Made by a program: the position numbers and the translations under genes. Below, piece after piece: positions 40,323-54,070 of a DNA stretch of 64,000 nucleotides. The notes under the pieces were generated by a model. It had not been told where the DNA came from, made no database searches, and was given only the letters and a program-made list of their open reading frames with translations. The first letter of the stretch is position 1, and every line of letters begins with the position of its first letter. This stretch comes from Callorhinchus milii (Eukaryota): positions 9,550,001 through 9,614,000 of the forward strand of contig NW_024704742.1 of the NCBI RefSeq assembly GCF_018977255.1, in the 5' to 3' direction.

Positions 40323-41238
40323 TTGTTGTGCCGAAATAATTATCATCATAAAAGAATAGTTTCCCTGTGAAGCACTTTGAACCTATGCCCTCTACTCTTA
40401 GATGTGTCTAATAACTTCTTGTTCCACTGAGGAATTGCAAAGGTCTCAGAGCAAACCTATTGAGTTTATAGATAGCCATGTTGCCTACCTTGAGAAATTA
40501 CAGGACTTCTAACAAGGGCTTGCAAGAGGGAGAGAGTCTCAAGCTGCAATGGAGAACGGGGAGAGAGAAGGATTGGCATAAAATGTAAAACTGCACTGTG
40601 GATACAGAGAATTACTGAGCATGAAAGGTATACTTTGTATTTGCTTAGTTTTCCCAATATCTCGCACACTCTGACAATGGAAATGATCTAAGGAAAGTGA
40701 TTCTTCTCAACAAACCATGGTTAGCTTCACTGAGATAATCCTCAGACAGCATATTGTGATACAGGATCAATGTCTCAAACTCTTGCTAAGATATACAGTA
40801 TACTGTTTTGCCTCTGTATAAGTTTGTCAAAATGATGAAACGTTCTGAAGAATGAGATTGTTTCAGTCGTACATTGGTATTTAGAAACCAAACATCTAGG
40901 TACCATTCTGAAATTATTCAACAATGCTATGTTGTAGCTAGGAGGGTGCCAGGGAATTTGCAGGTAACTTTTACTCAGTTTGGCTTGAGAGCAGTATGCA
41001 TTGCTGATATGATCACCTTCTGAGTCAGACAATGGTGTCCAGGAGAGAGCAGAAAGGGCCTCTAGGAGAGAAAATGCCATAGAATTAGGAGGCGAAGTAT
41101 GGGAGGGAAGTGAAGTAGAATAGAGGAGGGTATAGCAATTTCACAGTGTTGCACACCCTCATCACAAGCACATACTTTGCTCTTTTGGGGTTCAGCCCAT
41201 GTGCCATCTTGAAGGTTCTGCCTACAGAATCCAACTGT

Positions 41239-41385
41239 GGAGTCCTGTAGTTTAGTGGTTAAGAGCATTCATCTCGCAAGTGAGAGTACCTGGGTTCGAT
41301 ACCTGGCAGGGTGAAACGTTGGGCATGTTTCCTTACTTCCTTACGTGATAAGGTGCTATATCAAATGCAAGGATTATTATTATTA
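41239..41385 (+). mobile_element. Internally deleted SINE (tRNA head joined to tail)
   Basis: Head to gtttccttacttcc, then directly acgtgataaggtgctatatcaaatgcaagg(ATT)n. Confidence 0.85.
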
Positions 41386-41439
41386 ACTGCTAAATATTCC
41401 CCCCTCCCCTTTCCAACACTGATAGAAAAACATGAAGCT

Positions 41440-41575
41440 CACTACTAGGAAATGGATCCGAGTTGGGGGTTCGAATTAGGAGAAAATGAAGGACAGGGAG
41501 GGTAGGGTTAGGAGAGTGACCAAAGGCGTTGTTGAAGAAGAGGGGCTTGAGACGGACCTTGAAGGAGGAAATTGT
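41440..41575 (-). mobile_element. L2 LINE 3' fragment
   Basis: Minus-strand peptide TISSFKVRLKPLFF. Confidence 0.65.
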
Positions 41576-44500
41576 CGACAAAAAAATAACAATTTGGGGA
41601 CTGAAAAGTAAAAGGTTTTGATAAAAAATCTGTCCATCACTTGACGACAGTGTCGAATGCATGAGCAGCGTTGCACAGTCCAACTTTTCAGTCTGTTGAC
41701 CTCTACTTTCTTTTTATTCCCCCAAAATCTTGCTTCAACGCAACAGGTATCTCATTTGTGTAATAGACTCTAATGGCTTCCTCATAAACGTGTCACCCCA
41801 AATGAAGGATCTGCAGTGTTTAACTCCCCTGTGAGCTATTTCTTACCGCAGTTTTTCGCCCTTTTTTTAGCTATTGTATTTTAGTAACAGCTCCTGCGAG
41901 GTGCTGTTTCTTTTCAGATATCAGCCAGAATGAAGTCAGCGAGAGAACAAGAAATCTGTCGGTTTCAATGATACTTATTTAACTCCCAATTAAACCTCGC
42001 CATCTGCTCATCCCAGCACGTGGAAGGTTTTCCTGTCGGATGCAAACAGTGCCATTTATTAGTGCAAATCCGGTTGCTGCATGAACTTCTATCAATCTGA
42101 TCTGCAGGATCTCTGCTACAGCACTAGAGAAAGCAGACACCACTTTTGAACCAGTCCAGTCAGTGTGTGTGTTCAATGTAATTAATGCGGCAGATTCCCA
42201 CAAACCATGAATTGGGAAATACCTTACCTTTGATGACTTGAAATTCCCCCCACTTGGCTTGTTAGAGATCAACATTACACCCAGCCCAATTATAATAATA
42301 ATCCTTGCATTTGATATAGGGCTTCTCAGGTCTTCGAGACTTCTCATAGTGCTTCACAGCAAATTCTGTAAAGTGAATTGATGTATATTTTGGGGGTGAA
42401 ACCCGGCAATTTGGGAGAAATGTGGGTAATTCCTAGTATTGTCATTGCTGTCAGACTGCCTAAAGTCTGGGCTGAGGGTGAATACATGATACCCTCAACC
42501 AGCCCGGAACTAGGAAAAGGCAACCATGCATAGAGCCCGGAAAACTAACAATCTGTAGTTTACCACAGCTTCATGTTTCAAAGTGAAATCGGGCACTGCT
42601 TCTTGATCATTCAGGAGTCGAGTGAAGGGGAACCTCAAGGAGATCAGAGTTTGTTAACAAAAGGGGAGAGCTGTCCTTGGTGCTGAAACCCTTGCACTGA
42701 ATAAACAACGTATTGGGTTTACTCAGCTTGTGACTGGTCTACATTGCAAATTTATATTCATGTGATAAAGTATATATACACTGTCTCATAAAGCATGAAA
42801 TATTTGCCGATATAAAAATGGGCCCACTGTATTCAGTGGAGAATATTTTATGGTATCTCTGAAGCTTACCACCACCAACAACAACAACTTGCATTTATAT
42901 AGCACCCTTCACACTGGGTAGCATCCCGAAGCGCTTAATTACCAGTAAGAAGCGTGGCTTTGCAGTACGTGTCCAGCTAGGACCACCCTACCCCCTTGGG
43001 CTTTGACTTGCAGGATTAAGATTGGGCTTCCAAATCACATTAATAATTTAGACTGACTGCCCATTCATAACCTACTTTACAAGAATATCCTGAATTATTG
43101 TATCCCTACCTTTTTTTGCCAACCCAGTTGAACTCCCAGAAAAGCTTCCCTTACCTCTTTCCTTCTGCCCCTAATCTCTCCCTTGAACACAAGACCTTAT
43201 TTTACTGTTAAGTGTTGTGCCTTTGATGACAGGCTAATGATATTTGTCCACTGTAAAAACAGTCCCAGGATATTATATGCATGTTCCTCAAACAGGTGAA
43301 GGGTTAAGTTGACTCACCATGATTCAACCCTAGAACCATTCACATACAATGGGGCGTATGTTAATCCCTGATTTGAATTTGCTTCCAAGCCTTTCGAATT
43401 AAAATTCACAAATGATGGTAAATGACTTGTTTAATATTAAACAAGCTTAAAACAACCTTTCCACTCAAATCACTTCCCTATACTACTGAGCATGCTAGTT
43501 GCTCTATTATTCATGCAGCTTCATTCTTGTAAAGTAGGTTATGATTCAGTACAGAGGTAAAATACAGGAAATAATAAATATTCCACAGTGAGATACAGGC
43601 AGTAATTTACTCTGGCAAAAACACAAGCAGGAGTTTTATGGGTGTCAGCAGAATCCCGGATTGAAATCCTGCTGCATAATTTGGCAGTGGATATAAAGCG
43701 TAATTTACATTTGCTTTTGATGCATTAGTGCTTACTCCAAGCTCTGCACTCTTGTTTCTGGTCCCAGAAAAGGGATAATAGGCTCTTTCCTACAAAGTGT
43801 TGTCTTGCTCTGCACAACAGCATTGATGACAGTGTTTCAATGTGGTTCTAAAGCAATTGAGTGGTGCACTGGATTTTACAACACTGCTCGCTCACCTCAG
43901 AGATCTTGCTATTGAATGCAGCCTGGACTGATGAAATGAATGTTTCTCTTCTCTGCCGGGCTGTATGGATCCTCCATGAAATGGATTCGGATGCCAGGAC
44001 CCACAAATCACAGCCCAAGTCTCTGGTAACTCTGAGAATTCCCAGAATGGCTGTTGGGAAAACTAGAAGTGCAGTAAGGAGATTTCTCCCAAAGTGGGAG
44101 CTGGAGTCTCTTGTAGAGTCCTTCCCTCTACATCCAATACAGGTATACATTCATGTAATGTACATGCATATACCTGGATGTCACTTAGGGACTGGAAGAT
44201 GTGTTATCCTGTGTGAAGGGCACTATATAAATGTGAGTTGTGGTTACTGGATATACCTGGATGCACCAATGGGGACTGGAGTTATGATGAAGTGTGGCGA
44301 CTTGGACTGTGTTTATTGTGGACGAATATCATTGCAACCACATGTCATCAAAGGCACAACACTTAACAATAAGGTAATGTCCTGAGTTCAAGTGCCTGAA
44401 TTAGAAAAGTATTCAGTTCCTCAGGGCTACCATCCCTCACCTCGGTGAGCTCAAAATTCAGCAAAATCTTTCAACAAAAATCTTCTTTTTGTGATTTCAC

Positions 44501-47500
44501 AACATAATTGTGTCCAGGGAGAGGAAATGGCCTAAACTAAGTATTGTTAAGAATTGAGAGGCTGCTTATCTTAAGCAGGATCCAAATGTGAAAGCATTAA
44601 AATAGCACCATGGCTGTTGTGATTAAGGAAATCTGAGTATGTGAGTTATTGACAGGTTCCTATCTAAATGCAAGTTGTTGTTGTTTAAGTAAAACATCAC
44701 TAATATGCACTTAGAAGCTTATGTACTGCTGTTAGGAGTAAATGGACAGCACAAAGGCAGAGGTTATCGTGGCACCTAACGTACAATAAAGCAATGACAG
44801 TATATTAATATTCCCACTACTGTATGGTTTGCCTCTCACTTCCTACTGCAAGTAGGAAAGGACCAATTCTCCTGTCATTTGCTTTAAACACAATTGAGGT
44901 GCAGAATGATGAATGTGGACCAGATGCAATTGTGCGATAGTACAGAGAAAATAGAGGTCTTCTCATCAAGTATATATTTTAATTGATTTATTTTTAAGCA
45001 AATGGCACAATAGATATATGGTGACATTGTGATGTAAGTGAAAAGCAGTGTTGTAGGTGGCAATGCACAGGTCTTCTTAGCTTTTAAGCTGTACTCATCA
45101 CCTCATATTTTAGTATTACTTCACCCCATGTTCCTATATTATGATCTTCACATGATATAGTCCAGCGCTGGAGACTTGAACGCACATTCTAGGCTAACAC
45201 TCCAGTCCAGATGGAGTGCTGCATTGTAAAATCCTGTGAAGTGCTTTGAGATGTCTTGACAACATGATAAGGCAATGCATCAATTGAAAGGATTATTATT
45301 GTCATGCTTTCTCACATCTATGAGAAAAGTGCAGATTACAAGATACACTAAAGGCAAAAGCAGCAGGGATGTAGAAAGGATAGAGAAAATGGAGAAATGC
45401 AGTGATGGTGATACAGAAAGAAGAAGAATGTGGAGCAACTAGGGTGAGAGAGGTGACTTTGGGCTTCCACAATTCCTCTTGTTGTGCAGTGCGGTGGGTC
45501 TGTGGTTCCCTCACCTTGGGGAGAGCAAAACCGCACTCACACACCTCTTTATCACTCACATAAAATAAGGCATTGACCGAGACTTGGGAGAGGCTGAGCG
45601 ATGTGGAGAGTCCTAAAGAAGTGAGAGCGTATTTGAAGTGTATATGTTTACGTGAAAGGGGCAATACAAATGCCAGTCATTATTGGTATAGTGTAATATG
45701 CCTTATTAAACAGGGAGTAGGGATAATAAAAGGCAGAGGGGTTAAGTTCAACTAATGTATTTGTACTCACTGCATTGTTACAAATAAAGTACAAGGATTC
45801 TGGAACATAAAGGCTGCATTAATACAAGCTGCACAATCCGAAAGGTCAAACTGTTCCCTCCTCCTTTACTATTAGGTTGTTTAAAAAAGTGCTGATGTGT
45901 CCAAGGATCAAGGTCTAGGCTTACACAGGATGTTGTTAAGTCGACCGTGCTGCTGGACGTTCTCCCAGTCTTTAAATGAGACCACAGGACTAAAACCCAA
46001 GCACACTCATCCCAGATGGCTGGAGGACTCCAGATAAGTGTGTTGCACAGGCAGGAGCATTAAGAAACCAAGTTGAAAGCCTGGCTCACGAAGCACAGTC
46101 ATCACAGAACTATAAGCGCTCGCATAACAGCGATCACCTGAACATATCCCAAGTGGAGCGCAGTACGCTTAGGCAGGTTGCGGATGGCTGACCCCGAACT
46201 GATTGCATTTCTTTTCCCTACTTGTGGAAAATGGAGTCATTAGTATGAGGAGACACACTTGGCGTTCTCTGGTTGACTTGAAGATTTCAGGCTTTGTTTG
46301 ATGACTGCATTGATTCACTGTGATAACATTTTCCGTAGCCTGATTTCCATTCCTTAATTCAGCGTGGCTCCTGGGAACTGTGGCGGAGCGTGTGTTTTGA
46401 TGTGGCTTGCGTACTTGTCTGTGACCTGAGATCCATCTGCAGGCAAATACATTATTTTCATTTGAGTGTGTTTTTGCTCCTCTTTGGCCTCTTTGTTTCG
46501 GGATGAGGTCTTACCTGTCGAATGGCGCGGGGATAAATTAGTTCTTTGATGGTGCAATGTCGTCTTTAGCAAATATATTTGAGGGAGAAAAGTCAAGAGT
46601 CCCGGAGCATTGAGAAGCACAGGAGCAGATGTGAGCTTGAAGCAGTTTCAGTGCAGAGAGCTTACAGGGGTAAACTTAGTGATTGTGTTAGGTAGGAAAT
46701 CAGACAGGCAATGCATCTTCACGCTTCCAGGCTTTTGAACAGCTTCCTCTCAGGTAAGACAACAAAAGCATGTGTTATGGCTGAATATTGATTGAAAAGA
46801 GGTAAACGTTCACAAAGAATCTTTTTCGGTTCAGATTTACTTTTTAACCTTCACTTTAATGATATTTGCACATGATCCCTGAAAGCTTTTATTGGGCAAC
46901 AAAGCCTTGTTGATTTGGTGAGGTTAGTTACCAATTTACTCACTCTTATTGACGAAACTCTGAGCTGTGTTTTTTGTCACAAGATGGTTTTTTGGGTCAC
47001 ACTTTGACTGCACTATCGGTCATCTTTCCCCGCTGCACCCCCTACCTAGTATTGTTTAGTGATTTTCAGACATCCTTCTGAAATGAAAGGAACAATATAT
47101 TCAAATGCCCACAAAGTATGCAGTCAATTCACTTTACAGTATATTCTGTGAAAAGCTTTGAGACCACCCAAAAATGTGTTAAGGCGCTATATATATCAAA
47201 TATATTATAATTATTAATATATTTGTTTACTGTATTATATTATCGCAAAATGTGATTGTTTTCGGAAGCTGGTGTTTTTTCGTACTAACCCTTATGTGCC
47301 TGTGGCGTAAGCACATGGGAGTGAAAGGGAGTCCCTCTGATGTGCAAAGAAACATAATCATGAATGTGCCACAAGTTGGTGGGAATACTTATCACTTTTA
47401 GAGTGAATAATGTGACTTTGGTATTGGGCTGCTCCTCAGGAAATGCGTGTATGGCACTGTGAGAAATGGAATGCAACTTTGCATTTGTTTTAGTCTTCCT

Positions 47501-47591
47501 TCCATCTGCTTCCCCTCCTCACCCAAAAAGTGACCTTTAAAGGAGTCATTTCCAGTCATCCCAGAATACAGTTCCTTGAACTAAGTGGGAT

Positions 47592-47770
47592 AATAATAAT
47601 AAAAATCCTTCCATTTGAAATAACGTCTTATCAAGTCTTCGAGACGTCTCAATAATACAGAATATACTGTAAAATGAATTGACTATGTGTTTTGTGGACC
47701 AAATGCAGCAGCCAATTGCGCACAGCAATGTCCCACAAACAGTCATGAATTGAGTAACCAAATTATTATT
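47592..47770 (-). mobile_element. 5'-truncated SINE
   Basis: Reverse complement of the core and tail; an L2 tail (+) follows at about 47826-47886. Confidence 0.8.
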
Positions 47771-49009
47771 TATTTGTTGATTTAGGGATGCAGGGAGAAT
47801 GGGAGGATGGTCTTTACATCCCACCAAGCGCTCTGGGACGCTACCCTGCATGAAGAGTGCTACATAAATGCAAGTTGGTGTTGTTAGAGACCTCAGTGTG
47901 ATGGTTATATTCAATCTTTGTTGGTGCTGAGCTATGTCCGCTCTGCTGTTCTGTGTGAATTATGGAACGTCAATAGACTGGACAACTTTGTTCTCGTTAG
48001 TAAGGTGGACCATGGACATGGTGAAGTTCTGCCTTAGTGGCAGTCAAAGAGTTAAATTCCGGTTGCTTGGGTTTTTTTTCACGAATTTGCCAGCTGGTGG
48101 TCGGGGAGAACACAGGCTGCTATGTGGTTGAGAACTACACTAACAGAAGCTGTGAAACTGCTGTGAAACATTAAATTGGGCTTTTTTTTTATCAGGCATG
48201 TGCAGTGTGCAATGCAACCAATGGTTACCCTGTGCAGAATTACTGTTACTGTGTAGAGAGATTTTGAAGGTTGGAGTCAATGTGACTTGAGTTTCTGTTA
48301 GACTTTTGTTAGAGCGCTGTAAGGATACACATCCAACAATAACTTGCATTTATATAGCGCCATTCACATAGGAAATGTCTCAGAGCGCTGCATAGTGACA
48401 TGTTGGACCATGGTCATGGGAGAGGGGTAGGAGGTGACTATACTCACAGCCAAAGAGATAGGTTTTCAGGTGGGATTGAAAGATAGTTGAAAATGGTTCG
48501 CTGACAATTAGAGAAACTAGTAATAATGTTATTTAATGTTTCCTTGTTTGTAGGAACAATAACAGATTTTGTGTGATGGAAAATATTTTTTGTTGATATG
48601 AGAAAATTAATGAAAGATATCATCTGTGTGGTTATGGGTGTAACCCCCCCCTTATCTCCAACATAATGTTCTTAGCAACAAGAGGAAAGCTATCTGATGC
48701 AGCTCAGAATTGTGAAGGTTAATCCTGGGTATATTTTGTGCAAAATCTTTTGGGCAAAATGCTTGAATGCAATGGTGACCTTAAACCACGCAGTCACTGC
48801 TGTAGATCCTGTGAAATGCTTTCAGATGTTTTGAAGGAACAATAAGATGTTAGATCAAATGCAAGGATTATTATTATATAATTTTCCTATAGATCTATTT
48901 CCTGGTGTTTGGGATAAAAAGAGCTCCTAGCTTTTACTGATTTAAAAGTAAAACTGATTACTTCCAGTGGTTGAATATTGACTTTCAGGATAATATTTAC
49001 GGTAATAAA

Positions 49010-49208
49010 TTATTCCAGAGTAATAGTTCCTTCAAAAAAAATTGGTCACTTCAATCTGCGACTGTTTGCTATGCTGTTTGCTGCTGTGTTTCACCCACAA
49101 AAATATACTGTCAATTCACTTTACAGTATATTCTGTGAAGCTCTTTGAGACATCTCGAAGATGTGATAAGGCGCTATATCAAATGCAAGGATTATTATAT
49201 TATTATTA
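49010..49208 (+). mobile_element. 5'-truncated SINE just upstream of the EGF exon
   Basis: aattggtcacttcaatc...caaggattattat. Confidence 0.85.
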
Positions 49209-49396
49209 ATCCCCACACATCCTGATATATGATATTTTCAAATGGCAACAAAAAAGATTTAGCCCTGGTTCAAAAATACTAAGAGCTCTTTCCTTGCACT
49301 AGACTGCTGACAAAGCTGTTAGTTAGTAATGGTGTTTTACTAATGTGTTTAATAATACTAATCTCTCATCTTTATTGTCGCTGTTCTTCCCACCAG

Positions 49397-49544
49397 CAGT
49401 TACCAAATCTCCTCCCATGCCTGGGTCGTCTCCCCCCACGCCTGGGTCAGGCCATGGCAGGCCTTGCAACGACAGTGAGAAGCTCTACTGTGTGAACGGA
49501 GGACAATGTTTCATTATCGACCGTATTAATAAAATCTCCTGCAA
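49397..49544 (+). CDS. NRG2: Neuregulin common EGF-like-domain exon (Cys1-Cys4), NRG2-like
   Basis: Translation (A)VTKSPPMPGSSPPTPGSGHGRPCNDSEKLYCVNGGQCFIIDRINKISCK has the neuregulin GH..C-x7-CVNGG.C-x10-CK pattern; the 10-residue C3-C4 loop is as in NRG2. Pyrimidine tract plus CAG/CAG acceptor (phase 1); donor AA|GTAAGT at 49544/49545 (phase 2). Family call is firm, paralogue call less so. Confidence 0.9.
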
Positions 49545-51549
49545 GTAAGTGAATTCATCCCCTCAGTTCTGCATATTGGCTTCGAGGGCGCGCATGTTAT
49601 TCTATTCAGTGTCAAGAGTTTGTGTTTAACGAACGTTATCAACACTGTTAGAGCACGTCACTTATGCCCATGCTAAATGTTCAAATGCAGCTCCATGCTT
49701 AACATGAAGGCAATGCATTTAAATGGTTGATCTTCAAACCTGTCACAAGGAATAGCTCCTCTTTTGATAAGTGTTGCATAATTACTTCAGCCCCGAAGCA
49801 TCTAAAAAAGCATTCAGTCATAAAATTATGACTTGTTCTTCAATGTTCTATAAGCAAAATAAGGTTATTCATTTAATGGTATATTGTAACACTAAGGTCC
49901 GTGAATAGAAAATGTGATTTTAATTTGGTTTAAAGGAAAAAAATATTAACCTTCCTTTCAGAACGAAAGTGCCATAATAATAATAATAATAATTATAAGC
50001 CAGTAAGAAATGTAGTTTCATTTTGTAAAGCAGGTGCTTTAAAAAAAACTGCAACCGAGTTAAACATAATTTATTATCCGTACAAAATTGAAGTAATTAT
50101 GTAGTGCAATGCTTCATTCAAAGAGAGCAATTGTCATTCTCAGTTTTAAGAACTTAATCGTATAGTCATTTGTTGGGTCTATTCAGTGCACCAACTCGCT
50201 TCATTTGACTTATGCTGCAACTATGGTCCTCGGTGCTTCTCATACCCCCCAACATTGCACCTGACACCTCCCCCGCTGGGGAACTGCCTCTATCCTAACC
50301 TATTTTTCAGTCTAACCATGCCTAACCTTGCACAGCTTGCTCCTGACAACGGTCTGTGAGAGAGAGAGCATCAGGAGAATCCAGAATTCGGCAAACTGTT
50401 AACTACAGCCTGAAATGTCAAGCCATTTAAGAATTGCAGAGAAAAAACTATATCAAAATTAAGACTGAATTCAACATTTTTGCCAAACTCTGGTTGCTCT
50501 AAAATGCTCTATAAATAGAGTAAATCTAGACCCGGCTAGAATTTTTCTCCCTGCGTGCCTGAAATAGATAAAATAGATCAATTTCACAGCAGCAACAATC
50601 ACTTAGATAAACCCAAGGTCACCTGTGACCTCCACCTACCCATATGGTTGCATGCTTTGATTCTGGTCTCATTTAATAAAACTAGTTATTTCTTTAAAAA
50701 TGTGATTATCTGGGGGGAGAAAATCTATACAGTTAAATACATAAAGTTGTGGGTTGTCTTATTGCTTAACACTGTAAATCCCAAGATTCACTTCCAAAAG
50801 CTTGAGCTTCACTAAAGCTCAATTACTTCATGATTGCGGAGAGAGTGATTTCCACCATGGGTTCAGGACACTTCCTTATTCCCGTTCAGATGCCTGTGAT
50901 GTCCTGTGTTATGCCTTAGTCTCTCACTCATGGGATGGGGAGCGGTGGGGAGATGGGGTGGGGGGAGCGTGGGTAGAAATAATTCAGTACGCAAACCTTC
51001 ATCACAAGCTGATTACATATTTAAGGGATGCTAACAAAACAATTTACATAGATGCTAGAATCTGCCACTTGCATGATTGACCTGTGATTAATCATTTCTA
51101 GATTTGCTTCAATCCTTCTAGGTAACTCCTAACACTTAAGTGGAAAGCCTGGTTCTATTGGTCTGCTGTGTGGTTGAGTTTATGTCTAACCTGCCTAGTT
51201 TTCTCAAAAGTTAACCTGCGATTGGTTTACACGCAATAGGACTTACACGACTAAGTTGCATGTGTGTATATACAATTGTTTATAAATCTATGTACAGTAC
51301 TTTACGTATGCATAATATAACTTGGGGCAAGCTTATATTGACTGCCTTTAAAAGATCCGGTGTTTCTGACTCCAGGACGGTTCACATGCTTATGTAACTG
51401 TCCTTGAAACGATATGAACAAAAGCAATGTACTTACAATTGTTTGATATCTGCATTGTTTCCTTTATCCATTTCCCACTGTCTCCTTGTCAGATTCCCAT
51501 GTCCCTTGTCCATTTCCTATGTCCATACTATATCCTTGTACTGTACTCC

Positions 51550-51675
51550 TACCCTCCCTGCCCTATGCCCCGCCTCATCCTAACCCCCAGCTCGGGTACA
51601 AATCCCTAACTGTCCAACGCCTTGGGACGTCCTCCCGACATGATAGGTGTTATACAAATGTAATTTTATTGTTGT
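51550..51675 (+). mobile_element. L2 LINE 3' UTR fragment
   Basis: cccagctcgggt...ttgggacgtcctcccgacatga...aatgtaattttattgttg. Confidence 0.7.
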
Positions 51676-52844
51676 CCATTTCCCATGCCCATACTGAATC
51701 TTGTCAGGTTTCCTTGTTCTAGTTTTATTTCTCATTAACCTTCCACTCAAAGTACAATCCAAAACTTCCAACAGTCATATGCACATTCGGCACATAGTGT
51801 ACCCATGCTGGCAAAGTGATTTGTTTTGTAAGTTCAGAAGAAAAGACCACTTTGGATTATTATTTGATTAAAAATGAGCGAATGATCACAGTTAAATCAA
51901 ACTATAGAGGCTTCTGGCAAGCGACAAGTGTTGCTCAGATTTGATCAACAGACTGAATGACATTTACATTTTGGGTCTTGCACAGCGAGTTTCTTTCCCC
52001 TCCCAATTAATGATCCCTCTTTATCAAATAATTTAATTTCTCCCTTCACTAACCCATTTCTCCTGTGTCCTCTTTGACCCAGTGTAACAGTTAAACCGTA
52101 CAATAAGTAGAATTTAAAATCATATCCTTCGGGTCTGTAACCCAATTTTCAATCTGAAACAATCATTTGTCACACTGAACCTGTGTTTATAGAGAGAGCA
52201 CACTTAAAACCAGTGTCAACATGGTATACTCTGAGTGTGCTCGCTGCTCTCACAATGCTGTGATAAGCCTTCTGCACTCGTTTTGATGCTGATCTTTCTG
52301 TGATCTAACGAGAGTTGAAGAATAGATTTGTAGAGGATGAACCCAAAAGATTACAAGGTCTTGACAATGTTGTAATGAAACAATAGTTACAAATACACTT
52401 GTAAAGAACCCAGCAATATTCAGAAATAACATGCGAGTATAAACTCTCAATGGTTTATAATTAATTGTTCCATACAATCTAGATTTACTCAATAATTTGT
52501 AGCATTTCAAAGCATCCTAAATTCAGTCTTTATTTTAAAGATGGGCTTGCTGTAGGTTTGTCTAACCAGGTGGAAAATTAAGGCTCAATTCAACAATTTG
52601 CCAAATTCTGCATATTCTGAAATGCTAAGAAAAGGTGAAATTTCTCCCCATATTTATTCTTAATTAATGCAAATTACATAACAGCAATGAAACAAAAATG
52701 CATCTAAAAAAATGCAACACATATGGGATGGTTTAGATAAACTTGCAGGCCCACATTTCCCACCTTATCTTGGCCTGTAAGACTGTTGTTTTAAAATTTA
52801 AGATCAAAAAGAATAATGGAGTATTGTTACACTAATAAATAATA

Positions 52845-53235
52845 AATAATCCTTACGTTTGGTGAGGATTTCCACTTTTACCTCAGGAGGATGTCCCAAA
52901 GCGCTCCACAGGATATGCTGTAAAGTGAAGTCACTGTGTATTTTGTGAGTGAACGCAGAAACTTTTTTGCGCTGAGTAGTGTCCCACAAACAGCCATGTA
53001 GTGAAACCCCAATTATTTTATTTGGGCGATTGTTGGCAGGTCACTGGAAGAAATTCCCTTCCGTTTTAGAATAGTGCCATGGGATCTTTAACATCCACCT
53101 TAACAGGCAGACAGGTTTAAGAGCTCATCTGAAAGACGGTACCTCCCAACAATACAGCACAGGCCCAGCATGGAGCATAAACTCACAACCTTCTGACTCA
53201 GAAGCGAGAGTGCCACCAACTGAGCCAGACTGACA
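52845..53235 (-). mobile_element. Older tRNA-headed SINE, near full length
   Basis: Tail aataatcctt..., core gtcccacaaacagcc, head acaaccttctgactcagaagcgagagtgccaccaactgagcc. Confidence 0.78.
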
Positions 53236-53689
53236 CACAAATTAAGACTCAGTTTGGAAGAACTGCTGAACTAGCAAATTAAGACAGAATTTTCCACAGT
53301 TCCGAGATTAAGATAAAATGGTTTTACAGCCTAAGACTGAGTGGAGCTTCATGCTTCTAACTAACCTACCTATTTATGGGTTATCTCTCCAAATCTGAGC
53401 ATCACAGCAGCAGCCAAACATTCAATAAGTCACAGCAAATGCTGCAAGTCTTTAAACAAAGGACCAAAATGAACTGCCAGAATCTCACTGTGGGTGGCCT
53501 TAGAAATTGCCCATTGTTATTAAGCGGAAACATGCTGGTGATATGATGTGGTTTCAGAATTCACAAGCAATTCCAAAATGCATTGACCTGTGAGATATTT
53601 TAGCTGCTTCATTAGGCTGATGCAGAGCTTGGTAGAGTTCTTTCATGTGCGTGCAAAACTCATCTTGGCTCGTCAGTTTCGATAGTCTT

Positions 53690-54070
53690 CGATTTCAAGA
53701 TCCTTTCAAATCACTTAATTCCCTCACAACTAACTACCTATCCGATTTGCTTACCCCACACTCCACCACCCGCTGCTTCTACTCGGCTGGCTCCAGCTTT
53801 CTGTTTGTCCCTCGTCCCTCTGCTCCACCATCGGTAGCTGTGTCTTCAGCCACTACGCTTCGAAACTCTGGAACTCTCACCCTCAATCCTTCCGCCTTGC
53901 CCCCTCCCTCCCCACTTTTAAATCTTGCCTAAAGTCCTTCCTTTTTTGCTCGTGCTTACGGTCACATCCCTTTTCCCTCTCCCCCTGGCTCAGGGTCAGA
54001 TTCCACCACTGTCAAGCGCTCCAGGATGCCACCTCGGGTGAAGGGCAATATATAAATGCAAGTTGTTGTT
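53690..54070 (+). mobile_element. L2 LINE 3' fragment
   Basis: Remnant NYLSDLLTP; ctctggaactctc; tail aaatgcaagttgttgtt. Confidence 0.85.

Noticed and set aside
43861..44385. 174-aa ORF
   Set aside because: GTG start, no recognisable homology, and it includes an L2-like tail remnant.
49345..49396. N-terminal part of the 67-aa ORF (MFNNTNLSSLLSLFFPP)
   Set aside because: It is the intronic pyrimidine tract read in frame from a GTG, not a real start.
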